NCBI GenBank assembly: GCA_033762295.1
Contig: JANRLW010000094.1
Location: 1-20,675 of the forward strand
Direction of reading: 5' to 3'
Length of the DNA: 20,675 nt
DNA from: Capsulimonadales bacterium
Lineage (GTDB): Bacteria > Armatimonadota > Armatimonadia > Armatimonadales > Armatimonadaceae
Shown: positions 1 through 9,311 of the stretch, piece by piece
Position numbering within the stretch: the stretch's first letter is position 1
How the letters are laid out: every line of letters starts with the position of its first letter
Position numbers and translations under genes: made by a program
Notes under the pieces: generated by a model
The model's database searches: none
The model's input: the letters and a program-made list of their open reading frames with translations, nothing else
What the model was told of the DNA's origin: nothing

Positions 1-195
1 GATGTCGAACCGACCGTGCGGGAATCTCTCCTTTTCACAAGCCACACAAACAAGCTATGGTTGTTGGCGAGCATCGATGCGAAGAGGGCGTTGCCGGTGT
101 TGAAGCAGGTTTCGCAGACGAGCGCCAACGAAAAGGTTCGCGCCGAAGCGGCGACTATCCTCGGGAAAATCCGACAAAAGTACGGCTACAAATGA
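1..195 (+). CDS. C-terminal part of a HEAT/PBS-lyase-like repeat protein (5' truncated)
   Basis: Frame 1 is open from base 1 to TGA at 193-195 (manual translation). ...RALPVLKQVSQTSANEKVRAEAATILGKI... fits the HEAT-like helix-turn-'VRxxAAxxLGxI' pattern. Confidence 0.5.
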   Translation, partial: DVEPTVRESLLFTSHTNKLWLLASIDAKRALPVLKQVSQTSANEKVRAEAATILGKIRQKYGYK

Positions 196-236
196 ATCGT
201 TGAATCAATGACCGAAGTTCTTCACGGAGAGTTACT

Positions 237-695
237 ATGCCGCTACCGATTTCAACCCCTCTGCCATCATTGAGCGATGCCGTGCTATGGCTGAACGCCG
301 AAACGGCACCTATCTGTACCGAGGGACCGGTGCTGGTGCATTTCTGGGCGATGTCCTGCCCGGCATGCAAAGCGAATATGCCCGCATTGCAGGAATTGCG
401 TGATAGCTACCAGCCGTATGGTCTCCAAACGCTCGCGGTACATATGCCGCGGGGCGATTTCGACCTTGACCTCGAACGCCTGCAACAGACCGGAACGGAA
501 CTCGGCATTACGGAACCCTGCGCCGCCGATAACACGCACGCCATCGGCGACCGGTTTCAAACTGGCGGCGTCTGGCCCGTCTATTTTCTGTTCGGACCGG
601 ATTTGCGCCTGAAACGGCACGCGGCAGGCGGCTTCGGTGTTCGCATGATTAAGGTTGGCGTGGAGCAGATGTTCGGAATAGGTACAAAATCGTAA
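237..695 (+). CDS. TlpA/redoxin-family thiol-disulfide oxidoreductase (YkuV-like), cytoplasmic
   Basis: VLVHFWAMSCPAC (CxxC), AVHMPR, and cis-Pro motif WPVYFLF. GGAG lies upstream of the ATG. No signal peptide. Confidence 0.85.
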   Translation: MPLPISTPLPSLSDAVLWLNAETAPICTEGPVLVHFWAMSCPACKANMPALQELRDSYQPYGLQTLAVHMPRGDFDLDLERLQQTGTELGITEPCAADNTHAIGDRFQTGGVWPVYFLFGPDLRLKRHAAGGFGVRMIKVGVEQMFGIGTKS

Positions 696-712
696 TCGCC
701 CCGCTCCACCGA

Positions 713-1453
713 ATGGATGATTCACGTCTAGCGAATGCTCTCCTACGCAGAATAGCGATCAGGGAAAAGTCACGAGCGCAGGTCAATTTTCTGCGTTTGC
801 TGGCTTCCCACACGCTCGGCGATTCTCTCATCCTGTACGGCAGTGCGGCCCTGCACGGCGTTCATCTACAGGAACGTTTCCCGGAAGACCTGGATTTCCT
901 CGCTCCCGAAGAGATTGCCGCGACATTTGGTACCGACTTCGCCCGGTATGGATTACCCATTAAACTGGCAGCGACACCATCCGGCGAACGGGTTCCGGCT
1001 TATTTCGAACGGGGAACGGTTTTTGAACGCGTTGTCGTCAGTATTGACGTGACGAGCCGCGACTCGTTACCCGCGGGAGAGGAAAGAACGTTTCACGGTT
1101 TGTCGGGAACGGTCCTTGTCCATGCCGTCCCCTTTTTACAGATGGTCGCCGAAAAAGTGAACTGTGTATCCGAGCGGGGTGAACCGACGGATTACACAGA
1201 CCTATTTCTTGCTTTACGAAAATCGCCCGCGATTGCCTCCGTAGTAGCAGAAGTTTTGCGGGAGGCGGCGGAAACACATAGCCGACCGCGATGGGTTTCG
1301 GAAGCGGCACGGAAAGGATTGGAAACGGTCGCTCAACACTGGACGGAATCCATCGGGCACACCATGCTCGTTATTCCCGCCTTCACCGACGTTTCCGATA
1401 CGCTTTTGCGCTTTTTTGACTTCCTCGACACCTGCCTTCCGCCGACAAAATAG
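713..1453 (+). CDS. AbiEii/AbiGii-family (DUF1814/MenT-like) nucleotidyltransferase
   Basis: LILYGSAAL...RFPEDLDF resembles LKGGTAL...RFSEDLDF, and AEKV...R...DYTDL resembles EKxxA..R..RDxYDL. Confidence 0.75.
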   Translation: MDDSRLANALLRRIAIREKSRAQVNFLRLLASHTLGDSLILYGSAALHGVHLQERFPEDLDFLAPEEIAATFGTDFARYGLPIKLAATPSGERVPAYFERGTVFERVVVSIDVTSRDSLPAGEERTFHGLSGTVLVHAVPFLQMVAEKVNCVSERGEPTDYTDLFLALRKSPAIASVVAEVLREAAETHSRPRWVSEAARKGLETVAQHWTESIGHTMLVIPAFTDVSDTLLRFFDFLDTCLPPTK

Positions 1454-1458
1454 CTCCT

Positions 1459-4236
1459 TTACCGGGGCGCGTCGCCGCTCTGGCTCAGCAGTTTGGCGAC
1501 CAGAGCCGTCCATCCGGTCTGGTGGCTCGCGCCCAGACCCGCGCCGTTGTCCCCGTGGAAATACTCGTAGAAAAGGATATGGTCCCGCCAGTGCGGGTCG
1601 TTCCGGAACTCCGGAATTCCGCCGTAGATGGGACGTTTGCCCTCCGCATCCCGCAGGAACAGGCTCGATAGTCGGTGCGACAGGTGACCGGCGATATGCC
1701 ACAGGTCGTACCAGCGATCGGACCCGGTCGGAAACTCCGCGAAGAACTCGCTCCCGTAGACATAATCAAACTTCTGCAACGCCTCGATCAGAAGGTAATT
1801 CAACGGGAACCAGATCGGACCGCGCCAGTTGGAATTCCCCCCGAACAGAGCCGTGGTCGATTCCGCCGGCGCGTATTCCACCCGGTAACGCATCCCGTTC
1901 AGGTCCAGGACATACGGATGGTCCCGGTGATGGCGGGACAGGGAGCGGATACCGTACGGCGAAAGAAACTCATTTTCGTCGAACACGTAGCGGAGGATCC
2001 GTCGCAAACGCTCGCCGCTGACCAGGGAGAAAAGCGCCCGGTTTCGCTGCCCGCGCCGCCCCATGTGCGCGACATCCCTGGCCAGATGGGGTTTCTCCCG
2101 GAGAAACCACTCGAGCCGCCGGACGAAGTCGGGGACCGCCGCCAGAACGTCGGCGTCGAACGCTTCCACGGCGAACAGAGGAATCAAGCCGACCATCGTC
2201 CGCAACCGCAACAGCATACAACGATCGGAATGTTCGTCGTCGTCCGGCAAGTGCAGAATGTCGTAATAAAAGCCGTCGTGTTCGTCCCAGAGGGAGATTC
2301 CGTTGTCGCCGATATTGTTCAGCGCATGCGCGATGTAGACAAAATGCTCGGCGAACTTGGTCGCGACGTCAGCATAGGTCGGATCGACCCGCGCCAGTTC
2401 CAGGGCGATCGCCAGCATGTTCAGACTGAACATCGCCATCCAGGCGGTACCGTCACACTGCTCCAGAAAACCGCCGGTCGGCAGGGGAGCGGAGCGGTCG
2501 AAGACGCCGATGTTGTCCAGCCCGAGAAACCCGCCCTCGAAAATGTTGTTTCCCTGAGCGTCCTTCCGATTGACCCACCAGGTGAAGTTCAACAGGAGTT
2601 TGTGGAAGATACGTTCGAGAAAATCGGTGTCGCCGGGTTCGTTGCGCGAATTCCCCCGCATCCGCCGCTCGATCCGATAGATCCGCAGAGCGGCCCAGGC
2701 ATGAACCGGCGGATTGACATCCGAAAAGTTCCACTCGTAGGCGGGCAACTGGCCGTTGGGATGCATATACCACTCGCGGCAGAGCAGTAGCATCTGGTGC
2801 TTGGCGAAGTCCGGATCGATTAACGCGAACGGGATCATGTGGAACGCCAGGTCCCAGGCGGCGAACCACGGGTACTCCCACTTGTCCGGCATGCTCAGAA
2901 TGTCCTGCATATGGGCGGTGTGCCACTCCCGGTTACGCCCCGTCCGACGTTGGGGAGGCGGAGCGGGCTGCGCCGGATCGCCCGTCAGCCACCGGTCGAC
3001 ATCGAAATGGTAGAACTGCTTGGACCAGATCAGCCCGGCGAAGGCTTGCCGTTGCACCTGGCGGGCGTCCTCGGAGAGTTCCGCCTCCGGATCGGTCGGG
3101 GAGAACTGGGAGTAGAAATCGTCCGCCTCCCGGATGCGTCGGGCGAACAGATCGTCGAACGCCGTCGGCGCGAATGGGTCGTCCTCCGTACCGAAGTGAC
3201 CGGGCGGCTCGCGCCGCAGCCGCAGTCGAAGGGTCGCGGACCCACCCGACGGAATCCGGAGAGAATACCAGGCGGTCGATTTGGTGCCCCGATGGTCCGG
3301 ATTGACCGCCGAAAGCTCCCCCCGGATGACCCGATCATGAAACGCGTCCTTCGGCCAGCGGGTCACACTCGGTACGCCGAAAAGCCGTTCGTTATTGGTT
3401 TCGTTGTCGCAGAAAAGAAGCGTCGGGACCGTCGGCTCTCGCTGAGCGATCAGGTGAAACGTTCCGAGATGCGGATGATCCGCCCGGATCACATTCTCGC
3501 GAACGGCGACGATTTCCGGCGGCGTCGGGTCCGGGGTATCCCATCGCCAATCGTTGCGAAACCAGAACGTCGGCAACAGATGCAACGGAGCCTCGTCCGG
3601 TCCGCGATTGTGGGCCGAAATGCGAATCGCGATATCGTCCGGCGTTTCTCGTGCGTACTCGACGAACACATCAAAGTAGCGGCTCTGGCGGAAGATGCCG
3701 GTGTCCAGCAGTTCGTACTCCCATTCGTAACGGTTCCGCAGGCGGTTGACCGTCCGCAGGTCCCCGTAGGGAAACGCTTCCTGCGGATATTTGTAAAGGA
3801 ATTTCAAATAGGAGTGTGAGGGGGTCGCATCCAGGTAGAAGTAGTACTCCTTGACGTCCTCGCCGTGGTTGCCCTGCGGGCCGGTCAGTCCGAAGAGACG
3901 TTCTTTCAGGATCGGGTCGCGTTCGTTCCAGAGGGCAAGAGCGAAGCAGAGCCGTTGTCGGATGTCGGAGATGCCCCCGAGACCGTCCTCGTTCCAGCGA
4001 TAGGCGCGGCTACGCGCATGGTCGTGCGGAAAATAGTCCCATGCGCTTCCATCCGGGGAGTAATCCTCGCGAACCGTTCCCCAGGCCCGTTCGGCGAGAT
4101 ACGGACCCCAGTGTCGCCAGGTGTCGGGCGTCCGGTGGGAGTCCTCGATGCGCTGCTGTTCCGCGCAGAGGTTCGGAGTGGTCCGAACGGTTCGTTCTCC
4201 GGGAGCGGGAGGAACGCCTGAAGGTTGAGTGGTCAT
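1459..4236 (-). CDS. Glycoside hydrolase family 63-like (MGH1-like) alpha-glucosidase / glycosylglycerate hydrolase
   Basis: 925 aa with family motifs [69 protein letters not shown] and [22 protein letters not shown]. Confidence 0.9.
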   Translation of the reverse strand: MTTQPSGVPPAPGERTVRTTPNLCAEQQRIEDSHRTPDTWRHWGPYLAERAWGTVREDYSPDGSAWDYFPHDHARSRAYRWNEDGLGGISDIRQRLCFALALWNERDPILKERLFGLTGPQGNHGEDVKEYYFYLDATPSHSYLKFLYKYPQEAFPYGDLRTVNRLRNRYEWEYELLDTGIFRQSRYFDVFVEYARETPDDIAIRISAHNRGPDEAPLHLLPTFWFRNDWRWDTPDPTPPEIVAVRENVIRADHPHLGTFHLIAQREPTVPTLLFCDNETNNERLFGVPSVTRWPKDAFHDRVIRGELSAVNPDHRGTKSTAWYSLRIPSGGSATLRLRLRREPPGHFGTEDDPFAPTAFDDLFARRIREADDFYSQFSPTDPEAELSEDARQVQRQAFAGLIWSKQFYHFDVDRWLTGDPAQPAPPPQRRTGRNREWHTAHMQDILSMPDKWEYPWFAAWDLAFHMIPFALIDPDFAKHQMLLLCREWYMHPNGQLPAYEWNFSDVNPPVHAWAALRIYRIERRMRGNSRNEPGDTDFLERIFHKLLLNFTWWVNRKDAQGNNIFEGGFLGLDNIGVFDRSAPLPTGGFLEQCDGTAWMAMFSLNMLAIALELARVDPTYADVATKFAEHFVYIAHALNNIGDNGISLWDEHDGFYYDILHLPDDDEHSDRCMLLRLRTMVGLIPLFAVEAFDADVLAAVPDFVRRLEWFLREKPHLARDVAHMGRRGQRNRALFSLVSGERLRRILRYVFDENEFLSPYGIRSLSRHHRDHPYVLDLNGMRYRVEYAPAESTTALFGGNSNWRGPIWFPLNYLLIEALQKFDYVYGSEFFAEFPTGSDRWYDLWHIAGHLSHRLSSLFLRDAEGKRPIYGGIPEFRNDPHWRDHILFYEYFHGDNGAGLGASHQTGWTALVAKLLSQSGDAPR

Positions 4237-4326
4237 AAATCCGCCTTTCCAGGTCGCAAAAATATTCCGAACAGCAAAGAACCTTCCGGCAAAGAAGGTG
4301 AAGACGGAGGCTCGTTCGAACCTCTA

Positions 4327-5376
4327 ATGATGACGATGAAAATCGAGACGCTTCGTATTCTTTACGCCTGTACGCTGGCCGTTGTCGCGCTGATTCCGAC
4401 CTTTGTGACGCTGTCCGGTTGCGGCGGCGGCAGCAGCAGCTCTCCGCGACCCGGCGGCGGGGCGACCCCGACCCCGACTCCGGCTCCGACCGTCACCCCG
4501 ACCGTGCCGCCCGTTCCGACCGCGACCCCGGTTCCCACGCCGACGCCGTCCGGTTCCTCCACGCCGGTGCCGACCCCGGTTCCGACCGCGACCCCGGTGC
4601 CGACGCCGACGCCGACCATCCCGCCGTTACCGACGAACGTGCCGACCTTGCCGCCCCCGTCCGCGACGCCCACCCCGACCGCGACTCCGACGGCGACCGC
4701 GACCCCCACTCCGACCCCGACCCCCTCGCCCCTCCTGGGCGATGTTCTGAAACAACTCAACCAGGACGCCCGCCGCATCAACACCGTGGCGCTGTCGCCG
4801 ACCGACGCCTGGGTCGTCATTTTCGACGATATCGGGTTCAAAACACAGTCCGTTCCGCAGACTCTGACCGACGAACTGGCCCGGATCGCCACCCTCGGCA
4901 CGAAGATCAAGGCGGTCGCTCTCGGAACCAACGATTCCTGGCTGGTGATTTACGGGAAGAACCTGTTTACGGCGCAGGCTATCCCCACCGCCCTCTTCGA
5001 CCGACTGACGGAACTGAACGCCGCCGGTATCGAGATCCGGACGGCTGCTCTTTCGCCGGAAGGGAACTGGGTCGTCCTCTACGATCAGGCAAGTTTCTCC
5101 GCGAAGAACGTCCCGGAGGCGCTGTTTTCCCGAATGCGGGGCGAGGCGGCGGCAGGCGGGTCCCTTCTGCTGGTCGCGCTTGGGCCGAACAATAGCTGGG
5201 CGCTCACGACGGGGAACTTCGGGTTCCAAACCGCCGGGGTGCCTCAGGGAATGTTCGATGCGCTGACCGCGATCGGCGAGAGTCGGCTCACCGTCACCGG
5301 ACTGGCTCTGGGCAAGGTCGGCAGCTACGCCGTGACGTACGGTACGAACGGCTGGGGCGCGGTCACCACCCGGTAG
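4327..5376 (+). CDS. Lipoprotein with Pro/Thr-rich stalk and C-terminal five-repeat domain
   Basis: Start at ATG 4327 (or 4330/4336). Signal peptide ends in lipobox LSG|C (Cys codon 4420-4422), followed by a GGGSSSS linker, a PT-rich stalk and 5 x 43-aa repeats. Confidence 0.8.
   Translation: MMTMKIETLRILYACTLAVVALIPTFVTLSGCGGGSSSSPRPGGGATPTPTPAPTVTPTVPPVPTATPVPTPTPSGSSTPVPTPVPTATPVPTPTPTIPPLPTNVPTLPPPSATPTPTATPTATATPTPTPTPSPLLGDVLKQLNQDARRINTVALSPTDAWVVIFDDIGFKTQSVPQTLTDELARIATLGTKIKAVALGTNDSWLVIYGKNLFTAQAIPTALFDRLTELNAAGIEIRTAALSPEGNWVVLYDQASFSAKNVPEALFSRMRGEAAAGGSLLLVALGPNNSWALTTGNFGFQTAGVPQGMFDALTAIGESRLTVTGLALGKVGSYAVTYGTNGWGAVTTR
4465..4728 (+). repeat. Low-complexity coding repeat (TPTPTP / VPTATPVPTPTP linker)
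   Basis: Translation is almost entirely P, T, V, A and S. The unit VPTATPVPTPTP occurs twice. Confidence 0.9.
4729..5373 (+). repeat. Five tandem 43-aa protein repeats
   Basis: Manual alignment gives gap-free 43-aa units: xxLxDxLxxxxxxGxxIxxVAL[SG]xxxxWxVxYxxxxFxxxx[VI]P. Confidence 0.85.
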
Positions 5377-5394
5377 CGCGCCCCGGCGAAGGGT

Positions 5395-6201
5395 TCAGTA
5401 CAGCGTCACCTGCTGGGACAGCGCCCCGTCCAGGTAGAACGTCCCGCCCGACGCGTAGTTCGACTCATCGCTCGAAAGCCAGACGACCAGGGAGGCGACC
5501 TCCTCCGGGGTGCCGAATCGACCCCAGGGAATCTCCGACAGGGCGTTCTTCATCGCTTCCGGATCGGACAGAACGCTCTGATTGATCGGGGTGGCGATCG
5601 CACCGGGCGCGATATTGTTGATATTTATGTGGTGGGGCGCCAGTTCGATGGCCAGGTTGCGGCAGAACATGCGCATACCGCCCTTCGAGGCGCAGTACGC
5701 CGTGTACTGGGGGAAGGAGATATCCTCATGCGTCGAGGAGATATTGACGATCTTGCCCCGGCTTTCGGTGTCCGGGAGGCGAGGTTGCGCGAGCATCCGC
5801 AGGACGCACGCCTGGGTGACGTTGAACGGACCCTTCAGGTTGACCGCAATCACGATGTCCCACTCGTGCTCGGTGACCTCGACAAACGGCTTTTTGATCT
5901 CGATCCCGGCGTTGTTGACGACGATATCGATCCGCCCGAAAACCCGGACGGCTTCCGCGACCATCGCATCGACCTGATCGCGCCGCGTCACATCCGCCGC
6001 GAAGGCGAGGGCCCGGTCCGGACCGCCGGCCGTTTGCACGATCGTTTCCGCCTCCGCCCTCCGTCCGGCGGCCTTCTCGTCCTCGCCGCCCAGATAGTTG
6101 ACGACGACCTTCGCCCCTTCCGCCGCCAATCGCAACGCGATGGCCTTGCCGATACCGCTCGATGCCCCGGTGACCAGAGCGACTCTGTTGCCAAGACGCA
6201 T
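5395..6201 (-). CDS. Short-chain dehydrogenase/reductase, glucose 1-dehydrogenase-like
   Basis: TGASSGIG, NNAG, NISSTHE, catalytic YCASK, PGAIATPIN. These are typical of the GDH subgroup of SDRs. Confidence 0.9.
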   Translation of the reverse strand: MRLGNRVALVTGASSGIGKAIALRLAAEGAKVVVNYLGGEDEKAAGRRAEAETIVQTAGGPDRALAFAADVTRRDQVDAMVAEAVRVFGRIDIVVNNAGIEIKKPFVEVTEHEWDIVIAVNLKGPFNVTQACVLRMLAQPRLPDTESRGKIVNISSTHEDISFPQYTAYCASKGGMRMFCRNLAIELAPHHININNIAPGAIATPINQSVLSDPEAMKNALSEIPWGRFGTPEEVASLVVWLSSDESNYASGGTFYLDGALSQQVTLY

Positions 6202-6266
6202 GAAGAATCCGCCATTTCCCTCAGGTTGACCACAGTGTACCTGAACAGGGAGATAAACAGGACAGG

Positions 6267-7148
6267 TCAGGCAGGGGGCGTCAGACGACGAACGATTTCG
6301 GCGGCCGGAAGCAGATCGGAGATACGGGAGAGACCGGACCCGGCGAACAGCGCGCTCTTATCCTCGTCGCGCGCCGTGACCAGACGCCGCCGGGGGGCGC
6401 AGGGCCAATCGCCAATCATCCGCGGGTCGAGAACGAGTTGCTGCGAATCGGCGCGGAGCAGACGCGATTTACAGCGACGTTCCGCCTGCGATTCCTCCGA
6501 CAGCAGGAAACGCGTTCCCAGCATCGCCGCCGAAGCGCCCCAGGAAAGGACCTCCGCCACATCCTCCGCATTCGCCAGTCCGCCGCCGGCGACGATCGGC
6601 ACTCGGTCCCCCGTCCGGTCCCGGAGTCGGGCGATCAGCTCGCGCAACGGATAGGGCGAACGTACCGGTCCCCCGGCTTCCGTACCCTGAGCGACCAGGA
6701 TATCCGCGCCACAGTCGAGCGCCTCCCGCGCCTGATCGTCGGACCCGACCTGCCAGAAGATCGTCCCGCCGGACTGCCGGATCAACCGGCAGAACCGGGG
6801 GCCGTTCCACCAGAAAACCTGAAAGTGGCGGAAACCCGCTTCAAGACAGGTCATCGGAACGCTGTCCCGGTGCCATTGATAGGTGAAGGAGATCAGGACG
6901 GGCCGGGCGGTGCGCGCACGTATCCGGGCGAGCCGACGGCGGAGCACGGTTTCCCGGATGTCATGAACCGAAAGACATCCCAGTGCTCCCGCGCGTGAAA
7001 CTTCCGCCGCCAATCTCGGACCATCGCAATCGCCCAGCGTCGCCTGAACGATCGGCGTCCTTAATTCGATGTTTGCGAGTTGCCACTGACGCTTCCCACG
7101 CGGGCGAACTCGATTTGATTTTCCGAAGGCGAATGATGTTCGTTCCAT
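6267..7148 (-). CDS. Nitronate monooxygenase / FabK-like FMN TIM-barrel protein (atypical active-site motif)
   Basis: PIVQA, LAAEVSRAGALG, GADILVAQGTEAGG, PIVAGGGL, GASAAMLGTRFL..EES. Start taken at ATG 7148; the longer ORF overlaps cstA. Confidence 0.8.
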   Translation of the reverse strand: MERTSFAFGKSNRVRPRGKRQWQLANIELRTPIVQATLGDCDGPRLAAEVSRAGALGCLSVHDIRETVLRRRLARIRARTARPVLISFTYQWHRDSVPMTCLEAGFRHFQVFWWNGPRFCRLIRQSGGTIFWQVGSDDQAREALDCGADILVAQGTEAGGPVRSPYPLRELIARLRDRTGDRVPIVAGGGLANAEDVAEVLSWGASAAMLGTRFLLSEESQAERRCKSRLLRADSQQLVLDPRMIGDWPCAPRRRLVTARDEDKSALFAGSGLSRISDLLPAAEIVRRLTPPA

Positions 7149-7303
7149 AACGGTTGATCCGCCGTCGTTCCCGCCGCTTCCCGATACGATCCGAAGGCCG
7201 AAGCGCGAAAAAACGGAACGGTACCACAGATTGTACGTTTTTCCGTTGGTTTTAGTTTCGGCGGAACCCCGGTTTTCCGGAGAGCGAAAGAGGGGCGTGC
7301 AGG

Positions 7304-9205
7304 TCATCCGACAATCGGGACCGCTCCGTCCGGGAGCGACGCCTCCGGCTCCTCCGCACCGCCCGTTCGCAGCAGTTCCCGCCAGCGGAGGGCCGAGGTC
7401 ACGAGAATCCCGATGACACATCCGAGCAGCAGGACGGTCAGGCCGACGTCGATGTACGCGAACGCCACCCCGTACTTCCGGATGAACCGGTCCGAGAGGA
7501 AACCCCAGGGAGCGAAGATATTCATCAGGCCCGCCGTCACCGTCGTGACCACCAGCAGGACCATCGGAACCGCCGTCGTCCAGACGTAACGTACGCGCCC
7601 CATTTTCAGAAGAACCGTGGTGCCGACCGCCAGCGCCACGACGGCCAGAAGCTGGTTGGCCACCCCGAACATCGGCCAGAGGCTCATGATGGAGCCGTTA
7701 TACACCAGCCAGCCCCACGCACCGACCACCAGAAAAGAGGCCAGAGCGACGCCGAACCGGTTGCCGTTCTCTCCGAGGGGTCGGTAGACTTTCCCGAGTA
7801 TCTCCTGCATCAGGTAACGCGCGACACGGGTGCCGGTATCGACCGCCGTCAGGATGAAAAGCGCCTCGAAGACGATGACGAAGTGGTACCAGTACTTGAG
7901 AAGGCCGGTCAGCCCGGGAATCTTGCCGAAAATGGAGGCCATACCGACCGCCAGAGCGACCCCGCCGCCGGTTCGCCCGACCAACTGCTCCTCGACCTCC
8001 TGCGACAGACGGGTGATCTCGACCGGAAGATAGCCGGTCTTCGCCTGCACCAGAGCGTTGATCGCGTTCATATCGAGGTTGCCCTTCATCGATTTGACGG
8101 CGACGCTGACCGCTTCCGAGTTCATGGCGAAGTAATCCCCCGGATGAAGAGCGCAGGCGGCGACCAGCGCCGTAATTGCGACAAACCCCTCGGTGACCAT
8201 CGCGCCGTAGCCGATGAACTTCATCGCCCCTTCGTCGGGGATCATCTTCGGCGTGGTTCCGGAGGCGATCAGGGAGTGAAACCCGGAGACCGCGCCGCAG
8301 GCGATGGTGATGAACAGGTAAGGAAAGAGAGGGCCGGGGACGACCGGACCGCCGCCGCTGACAAACGACGTAAACGGTGGCATTCGCAGTGTCGGGCCGA
8401 CCAGGACGATCCCGCCCGCCAGCATGAGGATCACCCCCAGCTTCACCCAGGTCGACAGGTAATCGCGCGGACAGAGGAGCATCCAGACCGGCAGCGTCGC
8501 CGCCACAAAACCGTACACCGGCAGCGCGACGGCCAGGACTTCGCGCGAATGGGTGAAGTACGCGGCCAGACCCCATTGCGACAGATACGGGCCGGCCAGA
8601 GTCGCCGCGACCAGGCCGACGACGCCGATGGCCGAGGCTTCGCCGACCTTGCCCGGACGGATTTTGTACATCCATAGCCCCATGATCAGGGCGAGCGGGA
8701 CGGTGGCCAGAACGGTGAACGTGCCCCAGGCGGATTCGGCCAGAGCGCCGACGACGACGATCGCCAGGACCGCCATCGACAGCAGAAGGATCAGCAGCAC
8801 GGCGACCGATGCGATCGCTCCGGTCACGGGACCGGTTTCGTCGCGGGCGATCCGGACCAGCGAGTTCCCTCCGCGTCGCACCGAGGCGAACAGAATGACG
8901 AAATCGTGCACCGCTCCGGCCAGCACCGCGCCCAGAAGGATCCACAGGACGCCGGGGACGACCCCGTACTGCGCGGCCAGCACCGGCCCGATCAGCGGGC
9001 CGGCGGCCGCGATGGCGGCGAAATGGTGGCCGAACAGGACGAACCGGTTGGTCTTGACGAAATCGCGTCCGTCCGATTGGGTCACTGCCGGGGTCGGACG
9101 TTGGTCGTTGGTGCGCAAGACGCGCTCCGCCAGAAACGAGCCGTAGATGCGGTAGGCAAGAACGAAGAAACAGGCGGCGAAAAGCACCAGAACGACGGAG
9201 TTCAC
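7304..9205 (-). CDS. cstA: Carbon starvation protein A family transporter (CstA/BtsT; peptide or pyruvate uptake)
   Basis: VLFGHHFAAIAAAGPLIGP, PVWMLLCPRDYLS, ITIACGAVSGFHSL, SGTTPKM, FEALFILTAVDTGTR, WPMFGVANQLLA, and many TM helices. AAGGAG lies upstream of the GTG start. Confidence 0.93.
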   Translation of the reverse strand: MNSVVLVLFAACFFVLAYRIYGSFLAERVLRTNDQRPTPAVTQSDGRDFVKTNRFVLFGHHFAAIAAAGPLIGPVLAAQYGVVPGVLWILLGAVLAGAVHDFVILFASVRRGGNSLVRIARDETGPVTGAIASVAVLLILLLSMAVLAIVVVGALAESAWGTFTVLATVPLALIMGLWMYKIRPGKVGEASAIGVVGLVAATLAGPYLSQWGLAAYFTHSREVLAVALPVYGFVAATLPVWMLLCPRDYLSTWVKLGVILMLAGGIVLVGPTLRMPPFTSFVSGGGPVVPGPLFPYLFITIACGAVSGFHSLIASGTTPKMIPDEGAMKFIGYGAMVTEGFVAITALVAACALHPGDYFAMNSEAVSVAVKSMKGNLDMNAINALVQAKTGYLPVEITRLSQEVEEQLVGRTGGGVALAVGMASIFGKIPGLTGLLKYWYHFVIVFEALFILTAVDTGTRVARYLMQEILGKVYRPLGENGNRFGVALASFLVVGAWGWLVYNGSIMSLWPMFGVANQLLAVVALAVGTTVLLKMGRVRYVWTTAVPMVLLVVTTVTAGLMNIFAPWGFLSDRFIRKYGVAFAYIDVGLTVLLLGCVIGILVTSALRWRELLRTGGAEEPEASLPDGAVPIVG

Positions 9206-9252
9206 GGTCAGGCTCCTTGGAAGACGGGAGATGGATTCGGCGGTCGTAGGGC

Positions 9253-9281
9253 ATTGTAACCAGAGTGCGGGGCCTTGTCAA
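9253..9281 (-). promoter_or_regulatory. Sigma70-type promoter for cstA
   Basis: Minus strand TTGACA (9281-9276), 17 nt spacer, TACAAT (9258-9253). Confidence 0.75.
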
Positions 9282-9305
9282 ACAACGGGGCGTCCGGGGT
9301 ACGCT
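9275..9305 (+). promoter_or_regulatory. Putative promoter for leaderless modB mRNA
   Basis: TACGCT (9300-9305) ends 6 nt before ATG 9312, with no SD. A possible -35 TTGTCA (9275-9280) has a long 19-nt spacer. Confidence 0.45.
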
Positions 9306-9311
9306 GGTACC

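Noticed and set aside
1416..4238. Long + strand ORFs (1416-2021, 1675-2790, 2839-3819 and others)
   Set aside because: They are antisense shadows of the well-supported GH63 gene. Long stop-free frames are expected at high GC, and they have no recognisable motifs.
4362..5229. ORFs with GVGVGT or DPDPD repeats (4362-4931 -, 4419-5195 +, 4627-5229 -)
   Set aside because: They are alternative-frame readings of the Pro/Thr linker DNA.
7149..7303. Expected YbdD/YjiX small partner gene or terminator after cstA
   Set aside because: No convincing small ORF. Only an imperfect hairpin overlapping a TACAAT hexamer, too weak to call.
7698..9281. 527-aa Arg-rich minus-strand ORF overlapping cstA
   Set aside because: It is an off-frame shadow of cstA with typical GC-rich R/P/G composition.
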